Virus record (IMG/VR): IMGVR_UViG_3300026311_000001 | Coordinates: 1-64,000 of that record | DNA length: 64,000 nt | Strand: one strand, 5' to 3' | Source of the DNA: a virus | In this document: positions 45,973 through 55,001 of the stretch, piece after piece | How positions within the stretch are numbered: position 1 is the stretch's first letter | How the letters are laid out: every line of letters starts with the position of its first letter | Position numbers and translations under genes: made by a program | Notes under the pieces: model-generated | Seen by the model: the letters and a program-made list of their open reading frames with translations, nothing else | The model's database searches: none | What the model was told of the DNA's origin: nothing

Positions 45973-47046
45973 GGCCATTACAAATTTTCCATTTTTTAGC
46001 ATATAAAACGTATCTGCCTTTATCTTTTTACCATCAACCTTTGCGGTCTTTACCGATTTTAACTCCCATCCATAACTATTTTGAACCCATTCTGAAAGCG
46101 TTATCCAACAATTTAACGGTGCTTTAGCTTTGTTTTTTATCCCGAATCCTACTGCCATAGAATGATTACTATCAATTCCCGTGATAGATGATTCAGATTC
46201 ATAACCTGTCGTGGTCGATACAGTACCTATACCTGATGCCTGTGAGACTGAACTGTAACCTGATGCCTGTGAGGCTGAACTGTAACCTGATGCCTGTGAG
46301 GCTGACCTGTCACCTGATGCCTGTGAGGCTGACCTGTAACCTGATGCCTGTGAGGCTGAACTGTCACCTGATGCCTGTGAGGCTGACCTGTCACCTAATG
46401 CCTGTGAGGCTGACCTGTCACCTGATGCCTGTGAGGCTGACCTGCCACCTGATGCCTGTGAGGCTGAACTGTCACCTGATGCCTGTGAGGCTGACCTGTC
46501 ACCTGATGCCTGTGAGGCTGACCTGTCACCTGATGCCTGTGAGGCTGACCTGTCACCTGATGCCTGTGAGGCTGAACTGTCACCTGATGCCTGTGAGACT
46601 GAACTGTAACCTGATGCCTGTGAGGCTGAACTGTAACCTGATGCCTGTGAGGCTGACCTGTCACCTGATGCCTGTGAGGCTGACCTGTCACCTGATGTAC
46701 TGTTTTCTTTAGTCCATGTAACTTTATCAAATATAAATTTAATTGCACATTCGACTAATGTTTTTATACTTATCTCCGTTTCCACGTGTATCTTAGATGA
46801 AGCTATTTTTGAATCATCATTTCCTTTGTCAATCTTACCATCTACTTTACAAATGGCAAACCTGTTATTAGCCGGAGGATAATAATTGAACACATCCAAC
46901 GGATATTCGCATGAATGAAATCCTTTATTCGTACACTGTACTGGTGTTTCATCCATTTCATAAGTTTTACCAATTTCATACTGAAATTCATTCTCATTTG
47001 GAGAACATTTTAAATCTTTGGCAAATCCTTTGTACGTAGTTTTCAT
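45952..47046 (-). CDS. tandem-repeat protein (17 x 9-aa SASQASGDR-type units between globular N- and C-terminal domains)
   Basis: Likely start MKTTYKGFAKDLKC...; the repeats are SGDRSASQA/SGYSSASQA/SGDSSASQA; the C-terminus reads ..CWITLSEWVQNSYGWELKSVKTAKVDGKKIKADTFYML. Confidence 0.6.
   Translation of the reverse strand: MKTTYKGFAKDLKCSPNENEFQYEIGKTYEMDETPVQCTNKGFHSCEYPLDVFNYYPPANNRFAICKVDGKIDKGNDDSKIASSKIHVETEISIKTLVECAIKFIFDKVTWTKENSTSGDRSASQASGDRSASQASGYSSASQASGYSSVSQASGDSSASQASGDRSASQASGDRSASQASGDRSASQASGDSSASQASGGRSASQASGDRSASQALGDRSASQASGDSSASQASGYRSASQASGDRSASQASGYSSASQASGYSSVSQASGIGTVSTTTGYESESSITGIDSNHSMAVGFGIKNKAKAPLNCWITLSEWVQNSYGWELKSVKTAKVDGKKIKADTFYMLKNGKFVMAKSITLP
46231..46696 (-). 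repeat. 27-bp tandem repeat, about 17 copies, in frame
   Basis: Unit CCTGATGCCTGTGAGGCTGACCTGTCA, with variants at 2-3 positions (GAC/GAA, TCA/TAA/CCA). Confidence 0.9.
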
Positions 47047-47069
47047 AGTGTTATTGATTAAAGTTGTTT

Positions 47070-48353
47070 GTAAACTACCCACCCACGCAAAGCGATGGGA
47101 TGGGCTTTAAACCTGACAACGAATGCAAAGAGCAATACATAGTCGATTTTTCAGCAGAATTTACGGTCTGCCCAAGCAAAGAGATAACTTTAGAAGCGTT
47201 ATAATCAGCGTCTATGGTATCTACATTGCAGTTTGTGTTTGTGCATTTAAACACTTTGTTTGTTCGTTTGCCAATATGTTTACATTCACAGCAAGTCTGC
47301 GAACTGTAAGCAGGATTGACCACAACAAGTTTAATCCCATTGAGCAAAGCCTTATATTCAAGTTTTACTCTCAAATCTGCAAAGTTCCATTTATTAAGTT
47401 TTGTCCTAAACTTTTTGTTTCTCCGTTTAGAAGTAAACCTGATATTGGTAAGGTCTTCAATGGAAATACCTTTACCCTGTTCTTTTGCAGATGCTACAAT
47501 AGATTTACTTATTGTGTGGTTAATCAAATTAGCCGTTGTTCTTTCCTTGCCACTAAGCCGTTTAGACAACTTCCTGCAATTCCTTTTAGTGGAACGCTTA
47601 GAAGTGTCTGCCTTTGCCTGAATAGAACTACGAACTTTTTGCCGATGTTCACGATAAGTATTAAGCCACTCGGCAGAATGGTTAATACCATCAGAAGTTG
47701 CTATAATCGTTGTCAAACCAAAATCACAACCGATAAATTCCTCAATGTCTTTAACATCTTCTTCGGGAACGTCAACGGTCTGAAACAGGTAAAACTTGCC
47801 TTTCTTATAAACCAAATCCGCTTCACCTTTAATGTAAGGCAGGTAGTTTCTATTATGGCAAACAAAGGGAACTTTAATCCTGCCACCGATAGCCCAAAGG
47901 GAAACAATATCGTTGGATTTGTAAGTCATAATCCTGCTATCATAACCAATGCTTCCAAGCGGTCTAAATTGTCTTTTGGTTTTCTTATCCAATTTGTAGC
48001 TATCAGCAACTTTTGCAATACATCTTACAAGAATTTGACTACTAAGTTTAAAAGTAGCCTTGTATTTATGATAAACCTCGTGATGCAATTTAAAATTATT
48101 GAAAATACGCTTCTCACAAGCCACATCAGAAATGGCATTGCAAACAGCATTAGCTTCCTTCATCGTGTCGAGAAGCAAGTTAGCCTGTTCATCGGCAGGC
48201 AAAAGCTTTATTTTCAATGTCAACTTCATGGCACAAAGATACGAAATAATTTCACATATAAGAAAAATAATTACTAATTTTGTTAAACAATTTAATTATG
48301 GAGCGACAATTCCTTCCATCGGCAGCAAAGCTGACCAATGGGTTTCCTTGCCG
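47070..48353 (-). mobile_element. IS605-family tnpB-only element (second subfamily)
   Basis: Left-end palindrome at 48300-48353, TATCTTTG box at 48234-48241, tnpB, and a right end at 47070-47110 (..GCCCATCCCATCGCTTTGCGTGGGTGGGTAGTTTAC). Confidence 0.6.
47075..48229 (-). CDS. tnpB: TnpB (RuvC-like RNA-guided nuclease family)
   Basis: IGCDFGLT (D), ISIEDLTNI (E), CCECKH....FKCTNTNCNVDTIDADYNASKVI (Zn finger plus D). Confidence 0.85.
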   Translation of the reverse strand: MKLTLKIKLLPADEQANLLLDTMKEANAVCNAISDVACEKRIFNNFKLHHEVYHKYKATFKLSSQILVRCIAKVADSYKLDKKTKRQFRPLGSIGYDSRIMTYKSNDIVSLWAIGGRIKVPFVCHNRNYLPYIKGEADLVYKKGKFYLFQTVDVPEEDVKDIEEFIGCDFGLTTIIATSDGINHSAEWLNTYREHRQKVRSSIQAKADTSKRSTKRNCRKLSKRLSGKERTTANLINHTISKSIVASAKEQGKGISIEDLTNIRFTSKRRNKKFRTKLNKWNFADLRVKLEYKALLNGIKLVVVNPAYSSQTCCECKHIGKRTNKVFKCTNTNCNVDTIDADYNASKVISLLGQTVNSAEKSTMYCSLHSLSGLKPIPSLCVGG

Positions 48354-48507
48354 AAAAGCTTATGAATTTTTTAATGCTAATAGTTTCTAATATTTCACTC
48401 TCCTGTACGGCTATCTTAGATTCTATCCGTTCTATTATCCTCTGATAGGCGGTCTTGCCGTCTAAGCCTAATTGATAGGCGTCGGGTTTAGAATGAATCT
48501 TCTTCAT
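48292..48507 (-). CDS. hypothetical small protein, C-terminus replaced by IS-end sequence
   Basis: The last ~20 codons (..RKPIGQLCCRWKELSLHN) are a translation of the 48300-48353 palindrome. Confidence 0.3.
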   Translation of the reverse strand: MKKIHSKPDAYQLGLDGKTAYQRIIERIESKIAVQESEILETISIKKFISFSARKPIGQLCCRWKELSLHN

Positions 48508-49327
48508 TGGTTTTATTTTCCGATTCTGTTAAATATGGTATTCCGTATTGATCAATACAAAGCCAATATTCATTTATTTCAATATCCCTGAAATCTCTTG
48601 GAGTGACAACTGATATATTTTTATTTTCCCTATGTTTACTTATAAGTATTGTTGATTCTGCTAAATTTTGAAGTTCAGTGCCTAAATGACCTCTTGGCTT
48701 TTCCTCATCTCCTTTACGTAATGGATTTATGTGCAATACACAAGCAAAATGGCAATTCTTTCTGTCTGCCAATGCTAAAAGTTTATTAAGAAGTTTTATG
48801 CACTCTTTAAGATCATTAAAATCATAAATAAACCTATGAAGTGTATCAAGTATTATCAATCCAGGTTCTTCAGTATTATCAATCACATATTCCAATATCC
48901 TTACCCTGTCCTCTGGTGAATATCCTTTAACGGACAATATTTTCAGATTATCAGGGTGTTTATCCAATCCTAATTTTCTGCATATCCTATAAGCTATTCT
49001 GTTAACATAATACCTTGATTGCTCAGTGTCTATATAAAAATGAGTTTTACCAAAAGTATGACCTCTTAAATGCTCATCAACTATTCCGTTTTTAATTGCC
49101 GCGCTCATAATCAAACTAAGAAGAAATGTTTTACGGCTTTTCTGCTTACCTAAAATTCCTGAAATTCCACCATAATTCATAAACAATTTTTCTGTAGCCC
49201 CTTCAATTACAGTTATGCAAGGCTCTGGTTTTTGAAATTTATCTCCAAATTGAACGGTAGCCTCTTTAATGAGTTCAGCTATATCTATTTCCTTTACATT
49301 CTCAGGAATGTTAATCTTTAACTGCAT
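48488..49327 (-). CDS. RecA-fold P-loop ATPase (DnaB-C/RepA/AAA_25-like), replication-associated
   Basis: Walker A-like GILGKQKSRKTFL, Walker B GLIILDTL, and a replication-module neighbourhood. Confidence 0.55.
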   Translation of the reverse strand: MQLKINIPENVKEIDIAELIKEATVQFGDKFQKPEPCITVIEGATEKLFMNYGGISGILGKQKSRKTFLLSLIMSAAIKNGIVDEHLRGHTFGKTHFYIDTEQSRYYVNRIAYRICRKLGLDKHPDNLKILSVKGYSPEDRVRILEYVIDNTEEPGLIILDTLHRFIYDFNDLKECIKLLNKLLALADRKNCHFACVLHINPLRKGDEEKPRGHLGTELQNLAESTILISKHRENKNISVVTPRDFRDIEINEYWLCIDQYGIPYLTESENKTNEEDSF

Positions 49328-49734
49328 TTTGCAATGTATTCTTTTAATTCATTAATATCATTAGGTTTCCTATCGTACTCAAATTCAAACTGCATAATTA
49401 TGTTTTGGATACGAATAATATTTTCCACAGAGGGCTTTTTAGTAAGCTGTAACCTGTTATCAAATAAAAATTTTAAAGTCTCGTAATTAACTAGCCTGAA
49501 ATCACTTTGGCAATAATCGTATATGCCAAGAACTAAAATGTATTTATCAAGCTCTGTGTCTACTTCACCGGGAAGTATATTGAATTTCCTTGATATAAGT
49601 TTATCTATATCATCGGATTGGTTATTAATAACATCTACCAATCCAGACAGTAGCTTAATGGCATAATTCTTCTGTCTTTCTGATTGAAAGTTATCGAATA
49701 ATTCTATCAATTTATCTACTTTACTTTGCATCAC
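49318..49734 (-). CDS. hypothetical protein
   Basis: Track ORF overlapping both neighbours (operon). Confidence 0.5.
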   Translation of the reverse strand: MMQSKVDKLIELFDNFQSERQKNYAIKLLSGLVDVINNQSDDIDKLISRKFNILPGEVDTELDKYILVLGIYDYCQSDFRLVNYETLKFLFDNRLQLTKKPSVENIIRIQNIIMQFEFEYDRKPNDINELKEYIAKCS

Positions 49735-50431
49735 TTAAAGGATAAAAATCTTTCCAACCACAAGTAATTGCTTTGTTTATTATTTCAATAGCATCAGAAG
49801 GAGTTTTAGCATACTCTTTTAATTTTTTTAATAATCTATCGGAAATACGATCAGAGTTTTGACATTTTAATTTTGGTCTTAAAGTAAGGTATTCAATAAA
49901 GGCTTTGTTAACTTCTGCGTTCTGAGAATAAATTTCCTTTATCTTATATTTTTCTAATCTGTCATTACTACTACTTAACTTAGTATCTTCTTCTTTACCT
50001 AAACCATTACCTTTACCATTACCATTACCTGTGCCCCTCCGAAGCCCCTCCGAAGCCCCTTTGATAAAGGCGTCAATATTGGCAATCCCGAACTTCATAG
50101 AATATTGTTCAAATCGCCTTACAATTCCTCTATGAGACGGATTTTTTATAGGGTCTAATGGAAGGTTTTTTTGATGTTTTAAAAAATTATTTATATACAA
50201 ACAATCACCTGTTATAGAATATGTTAAGCCCCTTTGAAGCCCCTTTAAAGCCCCTTCAATTATAATATTTGTAGTAACAATATCTGTGGCCCATCTTTTC
50301 ACATTCAGTTCAATGAATCCACCTATATCACAATTATCACATAAATAGTTAAAAAGCAGTTTTTCCATAGGTTTTAAATTGGAATACCAACAGTCCGACC
50401 ATTTATCTGTATTTGTGTATCTGTATGCCAT
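49721..50431 (-). CDS. putative replication initiation/replisome-organizer protein
   Basis: The N-terminus YRYTNTDKWSDCWYSNLKPMEKLLFNYLCDNCDIGGFIEL resembles phage replisome-organizer N-domains. Gly/Asn linker GNGNGKGNG. Confidence 0.4.
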   Translation of the reverse strand: MAYRYTNTDKWSDCWYSNLKPMEKLLFNYLCDNCDIGGFIELNVKRWATDIVTTNIIIEGALKGLQRGLTYSITGDCLYINNFLKHQKNLPLDPIKNPSHRGIVRRFEQYSMKFGIANIDAFIKGASEGLRRGTGNGNGKGNGLGKEEDTKLSSSNDRLEKYKIKEIYSQNAEVNKAFIEYLTLRPKLKCQNSDRISDRLLKKLKEYAKTPSDAIEIINKAITCGWKDFYPLSDAK

Positions 50432-50442
50432 TTATGAATTAT

Positions 50443-51636
50443 TTATGCTCCATTTTGTGAACTACCCACCCACGCTAAAGCGATGGGATGGGCTTCATGG
50501 GTCAAAGCTCCTTCTAACGAAGGCAACGTACCATGATTTTTAAGTGTATGTTCCGTACACAATTTATTTAATGCGAAATTTTTAATATTAACGGAAGCGT
50601 TAAGATCACGATTAAAAACAGAACCACATTCAGGACAAACCCATTCACGGTCTTTGAGTGTAAGTTCTTTGTTAATGTATCCGCACGCTGAACATGTTTT
50701 AGAGCTTGGTTCAAATCTCCCAATCCTTAGAATGTTTACACCGTTCCATTTTGCTTTATATTCAAGCATAGCAACAAACATTCCCCATGATACGTCAGAA
50801 ATTGAACCTGCTAAACAGTGGTTCTTTAACATTCCAGAAATATTTAAGTCTTCCAAAGCAATAGATTGGTTCTCTCTTATTAACTCTGTACTGACCTTGT
50901 GCAAAAAGTCTTTTCTTTGGTTGGCTACTTTCTCATGTAGAATAGCTAACCGATGTTTACGCTTATTTGATTTGTGTCTTGAAAATTGTCGTTGCTGGTA
51001 TTTTAAGCGATCTATTGATTTACGTAAGTACTTTGGATTGTCGTATTCTTTGCCATTTGAGGCAACAAGAAAAGATTTAATTCCTAAATCCACCCCTACT
51101 GTTGTTTCTTCATTAACTGGTTTTGATTGTTTTTCTACCTCGCCAGTTTCGCAAAGAATAGATACAAAATATTTACCTGTTGGCGTTCTACTTATCGTAG
51201 CTTGTTTTATTTCTCCCTTTATCTGCCTATGTAATACAATATCAACACCCTTTTTAAACTTAGGAATAATAAGTTTGTCGTTATCAATTTTTATACTTTG
51301 TGGAATATTGAAAGACTGTTTTCCTCTACCCTTTTTCTTAAATTTAGGGAAATCAGTACGCCCCTTAAAGAAGTTTTCAAAAGCAGTGTTCATATTAACA
51401 ATAGATTGTTGCAAAGACTGGCTATTAACTTCTTTTAACCATTCATTTTCTTTTTTTAAATCAGGGAGTCGTTTAACAAGGCTATACCAAGAATGGTTGG
51501 TTTTGTCTTTAGCGTATTCTGATTGTTTAAAAGCCAAAGCATTGTTATACACAAAGCGAGCGCAACCAATATGTTTATTGATTAACTCAGCTTGTGGTGC
51601 TGTAGGATTCAAACGATATTTAAACGCTTTTAACAT
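50443..51636 (-). CDS. tnpB: TnpB (IS605 OrfB-type), paralogue of 44322..45500
   Basis: Long identical runs with the other copy (ATISRTPTGKYFVSILCETGEVEKQS; HKVSTELIRENQSIALEDLNI). D/E/D and the Zn finger are intact. Confidence 0.9.
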   Translation of the reverse strand: MLKAFKYRLNPTAPQAELINKHIGCARFVYNNALAFKQSEYAKDKTNHSWYSLVKRLPDLKKENEWLKEVNSQSLQQSIVNMNTAFENFFKGRTDFPKFKKKGRGKQSFNIPQSIKIDNDKLIIPKFKKGVDIVLHRQIKGEIKQATISRTPTGKYFVSILCETGEVEKQSKPVNEETTVGVDLGIKSFLVASNGKEYDNPKYLRKSIDRLKYQQRQFSRHKSNKRKHRLAILHEKVANQRKDFLHKVSTELIRENQSIALEDLNISGMLKNHCLAGSISDVSWGMFVAMLEYKAKWNGVNILRIGRFEPSSKTCSACGYINKELTLKDREWVCPECGSVFNRDLNASVNIKNFALNKLCTEHTLKNHGTLPSLEGALTHEAHPIALAWVGSSQNGA

Positions 51637-51734
51637 ATTGCAAATATACAATTTTTATATTAATTGTTATCTTTGTATAAGATTATTAACCATGCCTTAC
51701 ATCCAACCGACTGAAGATCGGTTGGTTTTACGGC
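50457..51734 (-). mobile_element. IS605-family tnpB-only element, paralogue of 44317-45622
   Basis: Right end at 50457-50496 (..GGGTGGGTAGTTCAC). Left-end hairpin at 51694-51734 (minus strand: GCCGTAAAACCAACCGATCTTCAGTCGGTTGGATGTAAGGC). Confidence 0.65.
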
Positions 51735-51881
51735 ATAAATTATAAAATTTCATCGTCCCCAAAAATCCTCCTGAACATAGACCACAAAAACCTTATCCCT
51801 ATGTAGAGATACCAAGAAAAGCAAAGGATTATCAAAATAATCCAGACAATTAATAGGATTGAAAGTGCTTGTATCATATAC

Positions 51882-52349
51882 TTAATCTTTTGGTAGTCCT
51901 AATAATAACCTTATTGCTGTTTTTCTGTACAGACCTATATTGATTTGTTGTCTTTCTTCAAGGATTTCATCAACAATTCTATCTATTGGTTGTTTTGATT
52001 TTAACGAATCAAACTCATATACTAAAGGCTGAAGTATCTTATATGCTTTTAAACACAGATATTTTAAATACACGGATTCTTTATAATAAACCGAGCAATA
52101 ATTATCAACCTTTTTAATACCTATAAAAACAGAAGCATGACTACCGTAGTTGACACGATTAGCAATGATTTTTTTAGATAACCGGTTTTGAACATACTTA
52201 TAAAATATATTTATTGCGGTATATCTTGCTAATGCAATTGGGTTAGTTTCCCTGAGCTGTTGTTTTGAACAGAAATTATCATTCTGTGAATAAAAATGAA
52301 ATGTCAATTTCAGGATCTTGTCAAAGGCTAATAAAAATTTTTCTTCCAT
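51882..52349 (-). CDS. DnaA-domain-IV-like HTH protein
   Basis: PIALARYTAINIFYKYV...LSKKIIANRVNYGSHASVFIGIKKVDN resembles the Bac_DnaA_C pattern (IA.aRqiAMYL...S...IG..fg.rdHStV..a..ki). Confidence 0.45.
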   Translation of the reverse strand: MEEKFLLAFDKILKLTFHFYSQNDNFCSKQQLRETNPIALARYTAINIFYKYVQNRLSKKIIANRVNYGSHASVFIGIKKVDNYCSVYYKESVYLKYLCLKAYKILQPLVYEFDSLKSKQPIDRIVDEILEERQQINIGLYRKTAIRLLLGLPKD

Positions 52350-52386
52350 GATGTATTACTTTTTCTTCCATGATGTAATTTTACGA

Positions 52387-52911
52387 TCACTTACCAAGCG
52401 TAATTTTCACGTACGAATTTGAAGTTCTTACCGGTGGATTAATTTTCTCACCTGTAACCTTATCGTAAGTTTCCGTTTCCGCTTTTTCAATCGTTTTCAA
52501 AGCGTCCTCAGTCTTTTTAATCTGATCGAGTAGTTCTTTCCTCTTAGCGTAAAGATCATTCAGTACGCTTGAATTACACCCGGAGAAATCATATTTAACT
52601 CCGGTTTCTGCCCTTTCAACTTTTGCACCCTTATATGAAAATACTTTCTGTGGATCTTTTTCAACTTCCGTCATAATTCTGTCACGGACTAATTCATCAG
52701 CCCGGAGTATCTTAATGAGTTCTTCCATTGCCTTAAGTTGAATAGCAACATCAAGTGGGTTAATATACCCTGCATCGAGTTCGGCTCTGAACCGTTCAAC
52801 AAAAGTATTTATCTGACTTTTATTTGACGGTAATACTGTTAGTTGTGAACTTGCTTTTTCTGGTAATCCGCTAATTACTTGATTATCAGAATGGTAAGTC
52901 ATCTGCTCCAT
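52387..52911 (-). CDS. hypothetical protein
   Basis: Track ORF 52387..52995; an internal ATG (MEQMTYHS..) is chosen to limit overlap with the upstream gene. Confidence 0.45.
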   Translation of the reverse strand: MEQMTYHSDNQVISGLPEKASSQLTVLPSNKSQINTFVERFRAELDAGYINPLDVAIQLKAMEELIKILRADELVRDRIMTEVEKDPQKVFSYKGAKVERAETGVKYDFSGCNSSVLNDLYAKRKELLDQIKKTEDALKTIEKAETETYDKVTGEKINPPVRTSNSYVKITLGK

Positions 52912-53644
52912 CAGGTGTTGTTTTTGTGTTTTTCTTTTCTTCAAATCGCTGGTCAATATCCGAATACATTGTTTCAGTATCCGTTTTCGTATCATCGTAT
53001 TTTACATCCTGTACATCTTCAATGCTTGAATTTACAATTTCTTCTTCTTTCTGAGAGAAGTAATGTTTAAGGTATTCCTGAAGTTGCCGGTCAAGTTCTG
53101 TAGCCTGTTTAATGTCGATGTCCCTTAATTTTACTGCTTTAAACACAGGTCTTTTGAAAGAAACGGATCCACTACTATCTTCAACAGTTTCAAGTACCGA
53201 AACTCCAAATTTTTCTTTGTCTCCTTTGTAATCAAACCAAGGGGAACGGCTTGCACCGTGAAACTGGAAATTAACAAGTTCCATAGGTTTGTCTTTTACA
53301 ATAAGTCCTGCATAAACTGACTTTGAATAGTGTCCCTGTATTCTTTCAACTTCTCCTTTGATCTTTTCCCAGGTTCCTACTAACTTGATGTCGGTTTTAA
53401 AGACCCTTACTGAAAGAAGTTCTTCTTTGATGTTTCTTACTTCATTTGAAACAATACCGGCTTTATAGTTCTTGTTGTACCCTTTAACGGTATGCAATTC
53501 ATCAAGAACTACAAAGTAAATTGGTAAGGGCAGTGTGATGTTCTTTTCAGTTTCTTTATCATAATACTGAAATGTTCCCGATTCTCCTTTAAATTCTAAG
53601 AATTTAACTGTCGGATTTTTTACTCTTGGATTACTGAAGCTCAT
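52886..53644 (-). CDS. single-stranded DNA-binding protein (putative)
   Basis: Acidic C-terminal tip ..PDGADDLPF*, like the SSB/gp2.5 interaction tail (D-D-D-I-P-F type). Replication-module context. Confidence 0.5.
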   Translation of the reverse strand: MSFSNPRVKNPTVKFLEFKGESGTFQYYDKETEKNITLPLPIYFVVLDELHTVKGYNKNYKAGIVSNEVRNIKEELLSVRVFKTDIKLVGTWEKIKGEVERIQGHYSKSVYAGLIVKDKPMELVNFQFHGASRSPWFDYKGDKEKFGVSVLETVEDSSGSVSFKRPVFKAVKLRDIDIKQATELDRQLQEYLKHYFSQKEEEIVNSSIEDVQDVKYDDTKTDTETMYSDIDQRFEEKKNTKTTPDGADDLPF

Positions 53645-53687
53645 AATTTATTATTTGTTTAATTAAAGTTATTTGAATTTAATGATT

Positions 53688-53885
53688 TTATGCCATTTGT
53701 GCAAGCAATTGTACCATTTGCCCTAATTGAAATAACATTGAATCATAAGTATATGAAATAACGGCTTTGGCGAGCTTACTACTTTCATAAGGTTCAGTGC
53801 CTTTGTATTCAATATTTAGTTCATTGCAGGCTTTTTCCAGTATTTGTATCCTACTTTTTTCAATTAATATTGTTGTGGTTGTCAT
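53688..53885 (-). CDS. hypothetical small protein
   Basis: First ORF of the minus-strand operon, 23 nt after a TATCTTTG box. Confidence 0.4.
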   Translation of the reverse strand: MTTTTILIEKSRIQILEKACNELNIEYKGTEPYESSKLAKAVISYTYDSMLFQLGQMVQLLAQMA

Positions 53886-53907
53886 TATGTAAATTCTAAT
53901 TCAAGGT

Positions 53908-53915
53908 CAAAGATA
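53908..53915 (-). promoter_or_regulatory. -7 box TATCTTTG (leftward operon)
   Basis: Plus-strand CAAAGATA in the divergent intergenic region. Confidence 0.4.
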
Positions 53916-53977
53916 GTCATTTTTTTGATTGTGCAAAGAATTTTCCACATTTTTTATACAGTTATTGATTTATTGTG

Positions 53978-53985
53978 TATATTTG
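53978..53985 (+). promoter_or_regulatory. -7 box TATATTTG (rightward early operon)
   Basis: TGTGTATATTTGTAGG, 30 nt upstream of the ATG at 54015. Confidence 0.4.
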
Positions 53986-54014
53986 TAGGAAATATTAAAA
54001 TATGAAAACTATCA

Positions 54015-54212
54015 TTGAAGATTTTATTAAAAATGAATGACGAGCAAGAGCCTGAGTTACCGGAAGGGACAACAATAAGGTTTGAAATAGGTGATCTAAG
54101 AATAAGTTGTAAGGCTGATGAAGAAGGTCTTGTCGTCCGCAAAACAAGTGTTACCGGCGAAGATAGGATTATTATAGTCGGAATGAGTGGAAATGTAATC
54201 ATAGTAAAATAA
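54015..54212 (+). CDS. hypothetical small protein
   Basis: Track ORF of 65 aa. Confidence 0.35.
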   Translation: MKILLKMNDEQEPELPEGTTIRFEIGDLRISCKADEEGLVVRKTSVTGEDRIIIVGMSGNVIIVK

Positions 54213-54219
54213 CGATAAA

Positions 54220-54489
54220 ATGAACCGAATACAAGAAGTATTAATTGAGCAGGGCAGAACGCAGGTATGGCTGTCCAAACAGCTTAACCGTAGCGATGAA
54301 ACAATAAGCCGGTATTGCACAAATAAAATACAGCCGGATAATATTTATATGGAAAAAATAGCAAGCCTGCTGAACGTCCCTGTTGAAGTTCTCATAGTCA
54401 AACCATGCCCTGATTGTATGGGTAATATGATCTATAATGTGATAGAAAAACATTGGATATGTTTGAATTGTAAAAATGTAGTGGAATGA
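54220..54489 (+). CDS. XRE-family HTH regulator with C-terminal CxxC..CxxC zinc ribbon
   Basis: IQEVLIEQGRTQVWLSKQLNRSDETISRYCTNKIQP (HTH_3), then CPDCMG....WICLNCKN. Confidence 0.7.
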   Translation: MNRIQEVLIEQGRTQVWLSKQLNRSDETISRYCTNKIQPDNIYMEKIASLLNVPVEVLIVKPCPDCMGNMIYNVIEKHWICLNCKNVVE

Positions 54490-54947
54490 AAAAGACACTA
54501 GCAAAGTATTTGAAAAAAGAAATGGTAAGCATAGACCCATTTGCGAACAAATGCAAATTAGCAAAAATTACCAATGATTTAAACCCTGAATACGATACGG
54601 ATTACCATTTAGACGCTGTTGATTTTTTAAAGCAGTTTGAGGATAATTCAATTGATTTCGTTTTTTATGACCCACCATATTCATTAAGGCAGGTAAGCGA
54701 ATGCTATAAAAATGTTGGAATACCTGTTACAATGGAAACCACGCAAAGCAGTTGGAGAACAAAGCACATAAACGAAATTAGTCGAATACTAAAACCAAAC
54801 GGGATTGTAATGTGCTTTGGGTGGAATAGTTCGGGTGTGGGTAAAAAACGAGGCACTGAATTAATCGAAGTGTTATTGGTTGCTCACGGTGGTAGCCACA
54901 ATGATACAATTTGCACCGTAGAACGTAAGCCACCAAAGCTGTTTTAA
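54486..54947 (+). CDS. compact DNA (amino) methyltransferase, DPPY motif
   Basis: SIDFVFYDPPYSLRQ and ..RILKPNGIVMCFGWN. Confidence 0.65.
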   Translation: MKKTLAKYLKKEMVSIDPFANKCKLAKITNDLNPEYDTDYHLDAVDFLKQFEDNSIDFVFYDPPYSLRQVSECYKNVGIPVTMETTQSSWRTKHINEISRILKPNGIVMCFGWNSSGVGKKRGTELIEVLLVAHGGSHNDTICTVERKPPKLF

Positions 54948-55001
54948 CATTGCTGGTAATGTATCAAGTGTATATGACGTAAAAAAAGCTAACACCAAAC
55001 T

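Noticed and set aside
46231-46696. Regularly spaced 27-nt repeats that could be mistaken for a CRISPR array.
   Set aside because: The units are directly adjacent with no spacers. They are in frame within a long minus-strand ORF and encode a 9-aa protein repeat. The long ORFs in other frames (46188..46712 plus strand, 46395..46748 minus strand) are repeat artefacts.
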